A model generated the notes under the pieces. That model saw nothing but the letters and a program-made list of their open reading frames with translations. It was not told the DNA's origin and searched no databases. DNA of 64,000 bases from Octopus vulgaris (taxonomy: Eukaryota), in contig OX597818.1 in assembly GCA_951406725.2 (NCBI GenBank), positions 140,616,001 to 140,680,000 on the forward strand, given 5' to 3'. The number at the start of each line of letters is the position of its first letter. Position 1 is the first letter of the stretch. Positions 51,743 to 64,000 of this stretch are shown here, piece by piece. The translations under genes and the position numbers were made by a program.

Positions 51743-52376
51743 ACCGGAATAGTTCAATTTACTACCGAAATGCATTGCGAAGAAGCCCGCCATTTTCATA
51801 GATATGTAAAGATAAACATTCGTACATGCTACGACGAATTCTACGGTTGGCTATCGGGTTTGTAACGTTATGTTATTTTCTTATATGTCTTGAGTTTGTT
51901 GCACTGATGAACATAGAATGCATATTCTGCATTAATTGCGAAATCACAGGTGATATGTAACTAAATTCTTTTTTTAAATGACTTGCTTTGAAGTTTTGCA
52001 TACGGTAAAATTTTGCTTATTTTAGTAGTTTTTACCGCATTGGTCCCTCTTAGCGTGCGATATCTATGAATAGTAGTACCCTCAATATAATATAAATAAA
52101 TATTTTCAAAGTGGAAAAATTTACGGATTTTTTCTCTTACGAGGTTTTTCACGCTAACTACTGATAATTTATTTTAAAGATTTTATCCTCAATTGTAAAT
52201 ATATATATATATATATATACGACGGGCTTCTTTCAGTTTCTGTCTACCAAATCCACTCACAAGGCATTGGTCGGTCCGAGGCTATAGTAAAAGACACTTG
52301 CCCAAGGTGCCAGCAGTGGGACAGAACCCGGAACCATGTGGTTGATAAGCAAGCTACTTACCACACAGCCACTCCA
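51540..52376 (-). mobile_element. SINE family A split by a PLE-like insertion in its internal (TA)n
   Basis: The 3' half (51540-51700) and 5' half (52218-52376) are colinear with intact copies and separated by 51740-52200. Confidence 0.85.
51892..51968 (+). ncRNA. Type I hammerhead ribozyme, canonical core, extended stem I
   Basis: GAGTTTGTTGCA pairs with TGTAAC(T)AAATTC; CTGATGA 51904-51910; stem II AATGCA/TGCATT with an A-C mismatch at its base; GAAA 51940-51943; stem III ATCA/TGAT; AUA triplet. Confidence 0.78.
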
Positions 52377-53215
52377 GCATTTACAGGAGGTCAGCAGCTT
52401 CCCCTGGCTGGTTTGGCATCCAAAGACTTGTTTGGAGTTAGTTGCTTCTTATCAATGTGGAGTCGCCCAACCCAGGAGGCGTCGCTAACAGCTAGTGATA
52501 TGATTTTGGATAAATTACAAGACACATAACGTGCATTTCATTTATATTAAATACGTTTACGTTAAATTTCAACCGGTTTTCACTCTGGGAATTGTTCAAA
52601 GAAGAATGAGAAAGCCAGGTTTTCAAGTAATACCAAGTGAGGCATATACAGTAATGTGAATTTAGTTGGTATCTAAACTGAGATTTGAATTTGTCGTTGA
52701 CTTACGAAGACTGAGATTATCAAATGAAAAGGCAGGGTGATGTTTAGGAAGGAAATTTAGTGAACAGTTAAAGTTATGGAGACATCTTAGTTATTCATAT
52801 TTTTGTAATTGTGTAGTCATTTCTGTTTTTGTGTCTGTTTAATCATTACAGGCAGGCATCTCCTTTAACAAATGCAAGAAATACGCTTAACAGCTGAACA
52901 TTCAATAGTAAATTCCTTAGCCGTAGAAACGTACAATTTCCTGTAAGTCAGAGAGTCTTATGGTTCCAGCAGATAAAATGGAAAAAGCGTTGCCCCAACG
53001 AATGGTGAGGGAGAGGCACTGGAACAGCCACTCTGAGTCACGGGGCTTGCACTTGCCATCTCCGACCCAATAGCGTTAAGCAGGGGGTATGGCCGAGAAG
53101 CCTTGAAGGCCGGAGGTCTCCACTGCCGGGGCTCGACCATAAGCCCGACAGAGAGTGACCGGTACTGGACAAGAGAGACTGACAGGCAGACACAATAGCA
53201 CGAGTAAGGTAGACA

Positions 53216-53263
<48 letters not shown>

Positions 53264-53598
53264 CGTGCATGTGTGTGTAACTAAATCAGCATATTAGATT
53301 AGATTAAACAGCTAAATAACATAAATAACTGAAACTTTCAACATAAATCGAAGACATATTTTTGACAAAGAGACTAAAACGTTTAAAATTATGCTATTTG
53401 ATTTATATAACAGACTAAAGACTGTGATTTCTATTTGATTATTTAACAAGAGGCAATAAGGAAATATTTAAAATTTAAAAAAATTTCGACTTAACTAACA
53501 AGGCCTCTTGACATTTTATTGTAAAATGCTCTAGTCAGAACACATTAGTCTCGCATAATTATGCCGATACAATTGTTAATACCATCGGGTACTCTTAC

Positions 53599-53828
53599 TT
53601 GACAATTGACATCTTCCAATCTCCGTTGTCGATCACTTCTCTCATAAATGATGAAGCCAATCTTGAAGACACGTCGCTGATTATGTTTGACAACTTAAAT
53701 TGTTGCTGTAGTGAATCTTTGCCGGAGACGGATTTTTCATTTCCTTCTCTCATGGGCAAGCTGTCTTTCAAATAATACACATCTTTCGAATTTATTCTAT
53801 GAAATGATGATCGATCCGTTACCGTCAT
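53599..53828 (-). CDS. Candidate first coding exon of an unknown gene
   Basis: ORF MTVTDRSSFHRINSKD...DNGDWKMSIV in non-repetitive sequence; in-frame stop upstream; donor AA|GTAAGA; acceptors available at 54145 and 53906. Confidence 0.45.
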
Positions 53829-54164
53829 AATTGCTTCAACTAGACAGACAGTATATGTCGTAGGTTCTGTGTCTTCTTAATGTGCTTTTTGCATAGATTT
53901 TTGCACCTAGAAACGTGGAGTGTCTGCCTTATAAAGGACTTTAGAGGGTCTATCCTCAGGCTTTCTGATGACCTGTCGTAACAATCGTAACTTAGGACTG
54001 AAAAGGAATTTCTCAGCAATGATCGTATTTTGTCTTTTTAGATAATCAGTGAAAGGGATGTTATGTTGCCATGTTAGACCAACATATAATTGTATGAAGC
54101 TGATGTGAACTGATTCCAGATTCTTCAAGAGTCTTGTTCTCACAGCTACAAAAATGGTTTATAT

Positions 54165-54361
54165 TCTCTTTTCAATCTTTTGCTTGTTTCAGTCATTTCA
54201 CTGCGGCCATGCTGGAGCACCGCCTTTAGTCGAGCAAATCGACCCCGGGACTCATTCTTTGTAAGCCCAGTACTTATTCTATCGGTCCTTTTGCCGAACC
54301 GCTAAGTGACGGGTACGTAAACACACCAACATCGGTTGTCAAGCAATGCAAGGGGGACAAA

Positions 54362-54409
<48 letters not shown>

Positions 54410-54590
54410 CATATATACACATATATACGACAGGCTTCTTTCAGTTTCCGTCTACCAAATCCACTCACAAGGCATTGGTCGGCCCGGGGCTATAGCAGAA
54501 GACACTTGCCCAAGGTGCTACACAGTGGGAATGAACCCGGAACCATGTGGTTGGTTAGCAAGTTCCTTACCACACAGTCACTCCTGCGCC
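54165..54590 (-). mobile_element. SINE family A, full length
   Basis: High identity to 7889-8287. Confidence 0.93.
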
Positions 54591-54643
54591 TGTGCAAATA
54601 TTGATTATATGAAGTTTTAAAATTCTGAATCTGAATACGGTTT

Positions 54644-54705
54644 TTGATTGATTGATTGATTCTAGTTTCAGCTCATGAGCTGTGGCCATGCTGGGGCACC
54701 GCCAT
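54644..54705 (-). mobile_element. CR1-type LINE extreme 3' end with (TCAA)n
   Basis: Nearly identical to 4250-4310. Confidence 0.8.
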
Positions 54706-55062
54706 TATTACTTTTTTAAGAGTATGTTTTTCATACAAATAGTTATATTTATTATAACTTAAAATTGAAACATATATCTATCAGGGTGATAAATAAAGGA
54801 ATTCATTTTAAAAACACATCATTCTGCGTTCATTCTACTGAGTTACATTTTAGGCAAATGTTTTTCTACCATGTTGTCGGATTTACCAGAGCGTTATGTG
54901 TTATATTTCATAGACAGAAATAGTGTGAAGCCTGTTGAGTCTAACGCATACACACATGCACGCAATCACACGCACACACACACACACACACGCGCGCACA
55001 CACGAATGCACATACTTACACACATGCTCACACACACACACATACACATATATAATCATACT

Positions 55063-55294
55063 GGCGGCGAGCTGGCAGACACGTTAGCACGCCGGGCGAA
55101 ATGCGTAGCGGTATTTCGTCTGCCGTTACATTCTGAGTTCAAATTCCGCCGAGATCGACTTTGCCTTTCATCCTTTCCGGGTAGATAAATTAAGTACCAG
55201 TTACGCACTGGGGTCGATATAATCGACTTGATCCGTTTGTCTGTCCTTGTTTGTCCCCTCTGTGTTTAGCCCCTTGTGGGTAGTAAAGAAATAG
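55063..55294 (+). mobile_element. SINE family B, full length
   Basis: TSD ATATAATCATACT; high identity to the 30641 copy. Confidence 0.93.
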
Positions 55295-56379
55295 ATATAA
55301 TCATACTGTGGTTGTTAATTTGAAGAACTCAAAATGTCCTCAGATTATCTAATGATGATGAAGTTTGATATTCAGGGAGCGTCTACCATGTATACTCAGG
55401 TACGAGATAGAACGTTCAACACAGCAGCTACTATGAAAACATTTAGGTGATTCTTTGAAATAATCATTCATTCCTGCTTAGAAATTTATGTCTTTCCTAC
55501 TAAAAAGGACTGCTTAGCTTTGTATTGCCCCGATCTATTGACCAAAATGTCATATCTTGTTGCTGATAACTAAACCGTCATATCCAGTTGATATATAAAT
55601 TACTATTGTCATGAAAGCACATCATTATTTGCAGGAGAATTATGTTATTTATTAAACCGCTCGTTTTCCATATCCAATACGCGCTAAACTGGCAGATTTA
55701 ATTGCGTTGGCCAGAATTTCTCATCGTATTTGCTCCGACTGTCAGAGAAGCGAGTTCCAGTTCTTTTGAGATCAACTCTATCTATCTTCCTCTACGATTC
55801 GATGAAAATATACCTGTCCAAAGCGAACTTTGGCAATTTGTCAGAGGGTTGGACGGGTTAGCTTGCAGCATCTGTGTTTTAAAGTTTCAAACTCTGCCCT
55901 GTCACCGAATAACACTTTTGTCTGATATTGCCAGAAATTGCACCCGACTGATATATCAGCAATTTAGAAAACCAATTGAAGTAGTTTCTTTAGTTTTATC
56001 AACGGCCATATTATTGATGAGGGATCTTCTATGTGGTAGCCACCGTGCTAGAAAATGCAGTGAAATCTATTCCATCAAATCACATCTTGTTCTTTGAATA
56101 AAAATGAACTAAACCATTTATCAATTACTCGAAGATATGCAAACATAACATGGGATGGTAACTGATGGAACGCCTCAAAGCTTTCCGTTAGCTAGACCAA
56201 ACAGAGAGAGAGTATACGCTTAAGCACGGATCTCGATATCTTTTTCAACCTCCATCCAAATAATAATTTTATTATAAGAAAATAAATGGAAAAATCTCTC
56301 TGGTAAATTATAAAATATATCTAATGGTTTACAAATCTCAGTTCATATACTGTTGACATCACTCAGCTGACACTACTAC

Positions 56380-56590
56380 AACAGGCGCCATCTTTCTTGA
56401 CGCCATATCTAGTGACGCCATCAACAAATATCTGGTTAAATTACTCCACAGCGCCCAACAAATTTGAAGTTGTTTACAAACCAACAATCTTGGACAAAAG
56501 TCCAATTTCCTCTCTCTTATCGGAATTTCAAGCGTTTAAATTTTTTTTTAAAGTTTATTTAGATTGATTAATAACTTGACGTCATGTGAA
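56380..56590 (-). promoter_or_regulatory. Candidate promoter
   Basis: Three clustered CGCCAT (YY1-like) motifs at 56384-56421, including AAGATGGCG on the minus strand, and a perfect CRE TGACGTCA at 56577-56584. Confidence 0.35.
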
Positions 56591-56864
56591 ATTTATTTCG
56601 AATTAAAATAAATTGTTTTTTGCTTTTAGATTTTAATTATCTGTCGATAATATTTTAATTACAAAAATGTGGAAATATGAAAACAGGGAGTTCTCATATG
56701 AGCATCGACAACTAATTTAAACAACGTGTGGTCTCCGTATTGCGCTAAATTCTATTTCTTTTCTTTTGATATAGCCTTCACATTGATACATACATACATA
56801 CATACATACATACATACATACATACATACATAAATACATGCATACATACATTCATAAATACATA

Positions 56865-56920
<56 letters not shown>

Positions 56921-57203
56921 AATGTGACAGGGTATGAAGATGCAAGTACATAAGTTATATGTTTGTGTGTGTAAATAAGGAGAAATGTTTCTTTGGGAAA
57001 TAAAAAGGCAAAAATTGCTGAAATTAAGTCCCGTGTATTGAGGTTTTATCATATTTCCTTATTAGTCATCTAGGTTAATTATTGAACCTACGTAAATGTA
57101 AAGAGTGGCAAGTGTCAGGTATTGAACTTTTCAAATATGCTTCATTAATGATGTATTGGATCTCTGCTTCTCAAAAGTAGTAGTACTTAATGCACACACA
57201 TGG

Positions 57204-57241
<38 letters not shown>

Positions 57242-57365
57242 AACAATATGCACCATCCGGTTCGAGAATGAAACACACGATCTTGCGATCATGACTTCGA
57301 AAGGTTAATCGTAGGCCATACACCTTCACACACCACACACACACACGCACACACACGCACGCACT

Positions 57366-57434
<69 letters not shown>

Positions 57435-57443
<9 letters not shown>

Positions 57444-57832
57444 AATTAAGGACTGAACACGAAAAGTGGACAGTCAACATGCTAGATATAGACGTCAAAT
57501 CGCCATTCACCACAAAAGATTATGTTCTCAGATCAAACTCAACACAAAACCATAGCAATAAACAAGTGAAAAATATACGAAAGTTAGTACATGGGTAATT
57601 ATTTTATTTCGTATATTTTTCACTTGTTTATTGCTATGGTTTTGTGTTGAGTTTGATCTGAGAACATAATCTTTTGTGGTGAATGGCGATTTGACGTCTA
57701 TATCTAGCATGTTGACTGTCCACTTTTCATGTTCAGTCCTTAATTGGTATATATAAATATTTTAATCTTCGGATTCTTTTTTAATATGCTAGACCACTGG
57801 TCTTAATTGATAAATATCAATTTCTACCCTTA

Positions 57833-57840
<8 letters not shown>
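57435..57840. mobile_element. PLE-like inverted terminus pair in (TA)n
   Basis: 57435-57582 is the reverse complement of 57607-57754 (1 mismatch seen); the extra ~90-nt tail resembles the reverse complement of 4928-5030. Confidence 0.75.
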
Positions 57841-57888
<48 letters not shown>

Positions 57889-59168
57889 CAGTGATCAGCT
57901 CTCGTGTGTATATATGATTCTTGAAACAAGAACGTGCCTGACGTTGAAACAAGATAAATTAATCTACCAGTCAAATATTGGGATATGTAAGCGTCTATCC
58001 CTTGATCATAATTACTGGCCTTGTACCATAATTGGAAATAATAATTATAACGTACTTACACTAAAGCTAGATGAAAAATGATGATTTTAATCTATATTCA
58101 TCCCATTCAGCAAACTAAAGATCCACTGTTGGATTATCCTTTCGTATGCCGTTATTAGTATATCTATATTGGTTGTCTACTGTACCTGTTCATGTTAATT
58201 AATTTCAGCAAGAAGGAATGCTCTAAATATTGAATAATTAGTTCGTATCATTGACAAATACACAGAATTGTAACTCAAACTCGGAATAACTACGGCAAAT
58301 CATCCACTCCTATGCTCTACTAAATGTGCAAAAATAACGATAGAGTGCGAGTTTAGAGCGCTAAAATCCAAAAGTAGAATCCGAAAAAAATGAAAGATAG
58401 TATCGATATGAATTCAGATCGCAAAGAGCGTGATCGGATCACACAAACCATTCTATCCAAGCATACCACCACGCTTCCTTATACAATAGCTGTATCAATG
58501 ACGAATAGGTAGTATAAAACCTGCATACACACAAGGCGTTTGCCTCCATTCGTCACGAAGTTTATTATCCAATATATTATGTGTATATGATTGATTGATA
58601 AAGATTTAAGACGTGTAAATATATTTTCTTCTGATTCAGACTTAAGGGAACCACGAGATCAACATGTAGCCGGACACATGTCGATTCTATACAAGCTTCG
58701 ACGAGCAAATGTCCATGACGAGACATAGAATCGGCAGAAACGAGTGAATATTTGATGAATTCCATTGTTTGATCATATGTTTTCTGCGAAGTGTTGTTAA
58801 TATATTGTAATGAACCAAATCTTTATAATTTGGGTCTAAACATGAGTGGTGTATGCAGATACGCAAACACATATATGTAGGCATATGCAAATACAACTGC
58901 TGCTACTGGTATTCTTTCTGCCACTGCTGCTAATACTACTACTGGTGCTTTAACAATATTTTATTCGGAGCATTTATGGATATGATATCATTTATCTGTC
59001 CATGTTATCCACGAAGAACAGTATTTGTTATATGTCTATCTCCTGACTTATTCTCTCTCAATTCAGTTTTCCCTGTCTTGGACAAGTGACGTCTACTGCA
59101 GATTGGGGCTAACCAAAATGTTGCGAATAAATTAGTTTAGATGAAAACTGAACGAAACCGATCATGTA

Positions 59169-59250
<82 letters not shown>

Positions 59251-59270
59251 TAATAAAATAAGGATTCGGA

Positions 59271-60202
59271 TAGATTGCGCTACTTGAATAATGCGGTTTT
59301 TTATAATTGTTTTATTTTTCAAAATTAAGATAAACAAAGTTCTTTTCTAATCTAAAATATACTCTTCTTCATTTTCTACAATGCTCTTCCGTCTTTCTGG
59401 TAGACCTGCAAAGCCTCTCTTTCAAAATTCACTTATTCGTGATGAGAAATACTCCTCCAGTCCTAATTCTCATGTCTACGGAATTCACATTTTTTACGTT
59501 CAAATGATTTGAAGACTGCAGAAAAAATGATAATCTGATGGAGCAATGACCGGCGAATATGGTGGATGGGGCAGCATTTTCCCCTCAAACTGCTCCAGCC
59601 TTTCGAATGTCATCTCGTTGTATGTGGCCGAGTATTATACCGATGGAAGACCACATTTCATCTCGAAACCAAAGATGGTCGTTTTCCTTTTAACGCTGAC
59701 TTAAGCCGCTCAAGCTGATCGCAGTACATCTCCTTTCTTATCGTTTTGTTTGAGTGTAAATGTTCAAAGTGGACTAACTTTTCATATCCACGAAACAAAT
59801 AACAAAACTTTACGTGGGTAAAGACCTTCTTTGGCCTGTGGTGCCGGTGTTTCTCCTTTCCCTACCCATTGTCTTCGACGCTTGACATTTTTGTACGGAA
59901 ACCATTACTCATCAACAGTCACTATAATTCATTAATATTCCACTTAAATTTTGTTGCATCGTTGCATTTATTGAACTCATTAAGCAAAATATGCCGAATA
60001 TGCTCGTTTGTCACCTCCAATATAGCTTGGCAAAAATAACTGTTAAAATGGAACTGCACACTTCAAAAGTTTCACTAAGAATAAGCACAAGGGAAAATTA
60101 CTTCCTGCTTTTATAGCAAGTTGATGGAGGTAGTTTATCCCATCTGCTTCCGACTTTTAGTTCATGCTATTGAAAAACCACATTATTTATGTGATGACCC
60201 TA
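59271..60202 (-). mobile_element. Mariner transposon relic
   Basis: Degenerate TIRs (AATAATGCGGTTTTT / AAAAACCACATTATT); minus-strand motifs IVTVDE and PYSPVIAPSDYHF. Confidence 0.88.
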
Positions 60203-60216
60203 TATATATATAAAGA

Positions 60217-60444
60217 CGGCGAGCTGGCAGAAACGCTAGCGCGCCGGGCGAAATGCTTAGCGGTATTTCGTCTACCGTTACGTTCTGAGTTCAAATTCCG
60301 CCGAGGTCGACTTTGCCTTTCATCCTTTCGGGGTCGCTAAATTAAGTACCAGTTACGCACTGGGGTCGATGTAATCGACTTAATCCGTTTGTCTGTCCTT
60401 GTTTGTCCTCTCCATGTTTAGCCTCTTGTGGGTAGTAAAGAAAT
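60217..60444 (+). mobile_element. SINE family B, full length
   Basis: TSD TATAAAGACGG; high identity to the 55063 copy. Confidence 0.93.
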
Positions 60445-60549
60445 ATATATATTTATAAAGACGGAGGTAGATATTGACTGACAGATATATATTAGACACA
60501 AACACCCATATAAATATGTGTTTGTGCGTTTGTGTGTGTGTGAGTGTGA

Positions 60550-60606
<57 letters not shown>

Positions 60607-61500
60607 GCAGACGCTGTCATTGATTTTAATTGCATTTCATTTTTCTGGGCGTACCATACTTGTCTGCAATTCGACGCAAGAGAAAAGAAAATCTTATTTA
60701 GATGCATAATATACTTTACAACTTGTACTGAGTACTTTCTTGCTGTTTCAGTGTCATGCTAACACCTCTGAATGCATATGTATTCATTTTTGCACATTCA
60801 CATGTATGCGATCGTGTGTATGTATGTGTTTGTGTGTGTGTGTGTGGCTGTTTGCTTGTTTGGGGTTCTGTGTGTGGGTATAATAATCTACTTTAGGTTG
60901 CATGCATGTGTGTATGAGGGAATGCTATTAAAGAAGAATCATATCATGCCCTTACATACACACTCATAGAATCTCACATACCTATATACATTCACTTACA
61001 CACGCACATGCACACGTCCCCACCACTGCTTCCACGAAATATACACGCTCTCAATATGTTAGTGCATCTGTGTACACAAATGCATGGTAAAACGAACGAG
61101 GAAAATATAACTGGAATGTAGTAGCATTAAAACTGAGGGAGCGAGCTGAGCAAATATTTAGAAACAATTCAAGCCGTGGTGTAAATATGATATGAAATAA
61201 ATGGACAGTGAAATGTAAAAAGAATTGGCGAAAGATAATGCAAAAAATAATGAAGTAAACAAAGAAGTGTATAAACAAAAATACTTGGAAGACACAGATT
61301 GATAGATTGCCTTGTAATACGAAGCTGTGTGGTTGTAGATATGTAAACAGTCGTGAAGTGAACGATGGAGACGACGGAGAGGGAAAGATGGACATATATC
61401 TGTCTGTCTTATTCCGTTACTTCCTCTTACTTCCTCTCCTTCACTACCTCACTCTCCCTTTTTCCCTTATATGTGTTTGGTTGTGTGTATAAGTGTGTAA

Positions 61501-61553
<53 letters not shown>

Positions 61554-61658
61554 TGTGTGTGTGTATGTGTGTGAGCTTATTGAAACTCTGTTACAGGTTT
61601 CAGTCACTGCGGATAAAATGAAGACTGCTTGTCAATCAAACTACACACACCCACATAC

Positions 61659-61689
<31 letters not shown>

Positions 61690-61703
61690 CATACATACAT
61701 ACA

Positions 61704-61739
<36 letters not shown>

Positions 61740-61927
61740 TATATATGAATACATATATATAGATGAATATATATATATATATATATATATATGAATATAT
61801 ACAAATATACATATGTATATATATGTATATATGTACGCATATTTATACATATATCTATACATTCATATATATATATATATATATATATATAAATGTATAT
61901 ATATATACATATATACATACATATCTT

Positions 61928-62187
61928 CCGTGGCTTCCGTGCAGGTGGCACGTAAAATGCACCAATCCGACCGTGGCCGATGCCAGCTTCGCCTGGCACC
62001 AGTGCAGGTGGCACGTAAAAAGCACCCACTACCCTCACGGAGTGGTTGGCGTTAGGAAGGGCATCCAGCTGTAGAAACATTGCCAGATAAGACCGGAGCC
62101 TGGTGCAGCCTTCTGGCTTCCCAGAACCCCGGTCGAACCGTCCAATCCATGCTAGCATGGAGAACGGGCGTTAAATGATGATGATGA
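61928..62187 (+). mobile_element. SINE or RTE-type 3' end with (GAT)n tail
   Basis: Duplicated GTGCAGGTGGCACGTAAAA; GGCGTTAGGAAGGGCATCCAGCTGTAGAAA; ends CGTTAAATGATGATGATGAT. Confidence 0.75.
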
Positions 62188-62716
62188 TATATATATATAT
62201 AGGGATAATTTTATGATTCTGCTTTAGAATTCCAAATCCGTACATATTCTCTGCTGGATGAAATTTGGATTACCGAAGTTCAAAAGGTCTTACCTACAGA
62301 CTTCTTCGCACATTCCTGGAAACGGCCGTAAGACTCTTTGTATTTTTCTGTTGGTCTCATTTGAACTGTTATCTCATCAGTTTGGACTTCTTAATTTATC
62401 TGTATGTATTTATGCAATTACTTATCCGACTTTGATTTGGGTCAGGAATTACACTATTATATGTATATGTATTTTTTTATATGTTATGTGTTCACATACT
62501 TATAATGGCTTATATATACACACTGTGTTTAGATATGTTTTGGCTTTTTATCCGGAGTATTATTGACCTTAGGACTTGTCTCTTTCAAATTTATATTTTA
62601 ATCTAATCGCTCAATAAATTGAGCCCTACTCCGTTGTTTCTTGAAAGAGTTCACCTCTATAATTTTTCTTTACCTCTCTCTATATTTGTGTGCGTGTGTG
62701 TGTTTGTGTGTGTGTT

Positions 62717-62823
<107 letters not shown>

Positions 62824-62859
62824 GTAAAGAAAAATTATAGAGCCGAACTATTATTACAA

Positions 62860-63345
62860 TAGAATCTCATGCAAATTTTTGCTTATTCTCTGTCAGACGA
62901 TGCCGTCCCCAACAGATAGGCATTTTCATCGGAACAGATTTGCGCAATTTTTTGCAAATAAAAAAACTTCCTTGGAGATTTTTTCGTCTTTTTAAATCAT
63001 TTACATGTGATTTCGACTGTTTCATATGACTTTCTTCGTTAAAACTTATTAAAACTTCAGAAGTTCTTATAGCTTTTGTCGTCATAATTCTTTGCTTACG
63101 TTTGTTTAATAAAAATTCCTCTTCGTCGTGAGATTGCTTTCATTTTGCGATAGACAGCTTTCACGCAGAAAATGCCAGCTTCCAAAACTTATTTCCTGAT
63201 TTGGTAAAACTGATTAAAATTTAAATCTCAGTACCATTTTCTGCAATTTTTCTGGAACAAATAAATGACAAACTCGGAGTTAACGTGGAAAATTATGTCA
63301 ATATACCAAATTTGAAAAATTTTACGTAATTTTAAGATTTCACAA
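62860..63345 (-). mobile_element. Possible CMC/Chapaev-type DNA transposon relic
   Basis: Weak resemblance of ...KMPICWGRH to the GYTKxPCFLCxWDSR motif; very degenerate. Confidence 0.25.
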
Positions 63346-63503
63346 TACGTAACAGCCACAAGGAAGACCCTACAATATTAGAAAGACAGGTACTTATAGC
63401 ACGATGTGCGTGCGCACAGACTGATACGTACGCTAATTTACAAACGTACAGGCAGGCAATAGCGAGTTTAAAATGGTGTACAGTAGACATGTGCATGCAT
63501 CTG

Positions 63504-63787
63504 TGGAAGCACTCTGTCGGTTACGACGACGAGGGTTCCGGTTGATCCGATCAACGGAACAGCCTGCTCGTGAAATTAACGTGTAAGTGGCTGAGCACTC
63601 CACAGACACGTGCACCCTTAACGTAGTTCTCGGGGATATTCAGCGTGACACAGAGAGTGACAAGGCCGGCCCTTTGATATACAGGTACAACAGAAACAGG
63701 AAGTAAGAGTGAGAGAAAGTTGTGGTGAAAGAGTACAGCAGGGATCACCACCATCCCCTGCCGGAGCCTCGTGGAGCTTTTAGGTGT
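63504..63787 (-). mobile_element. SINE family C (M2 and tail T2), 5'-truncated
   Basis: Near-identical to 48618-48898. Confidence 0.9.
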
Positions 63788-64000
63788 ATCTATGTACGTA
63801 TGTACATATATATGTATGTACGTGTATGTCTGTATGTTAGTGTTTCTTTGCGATGGACGGTAGAAAAGCCCCCTACCCCTCTCTTCTTAAAGCTACCTCT
63901 TCCTTACACCGACCTTTCTTTCAGTTCTTTGCCATTTTAAAATTCAGTCATGTGTATGCGCATGTGTGTGCGTGTATTTTAGTGTAGTGTGTGTGTGCGT

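Overview
AT-rich, microsatellite-dense animal genomic DNA, not prokaryotic. The SINE, LINE and microsatellite content strongly resembles an octopus (coleoid cephalopod) genome; this is my inference and is not confirmed. The window is mostly intronic or intergenic. It holds three tRNA-derived SINE groups, decayed LINEs (CR1, L1/Tx1-like, R4/Dong-like, RTE-like), many Penelope-like element (PLE) ends and fragments, two mariner relics, one Tc1 relic, a non-autonomous Helitron and a 24-bp minisatellite. Nearly all ORFs in the track are microsatellite artefacts. A few splice-site-bounded candidate exons suggest an unidentified minus-strand gene, with a possible promoter near 56.4 kb. The most notable hidden structure is a set of at least five hammerhead-ribozyme folds plus several degenerate variants in PLE-like termini. 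There is also a microsatellite-based nesting pattern: a PLE sits in the internal (TA)n of a SINE, and Dong-like elements sit in the (TTA)n tail of L1-like LINEs at two loci. SINE heads and tails also occur in swapped combinations.
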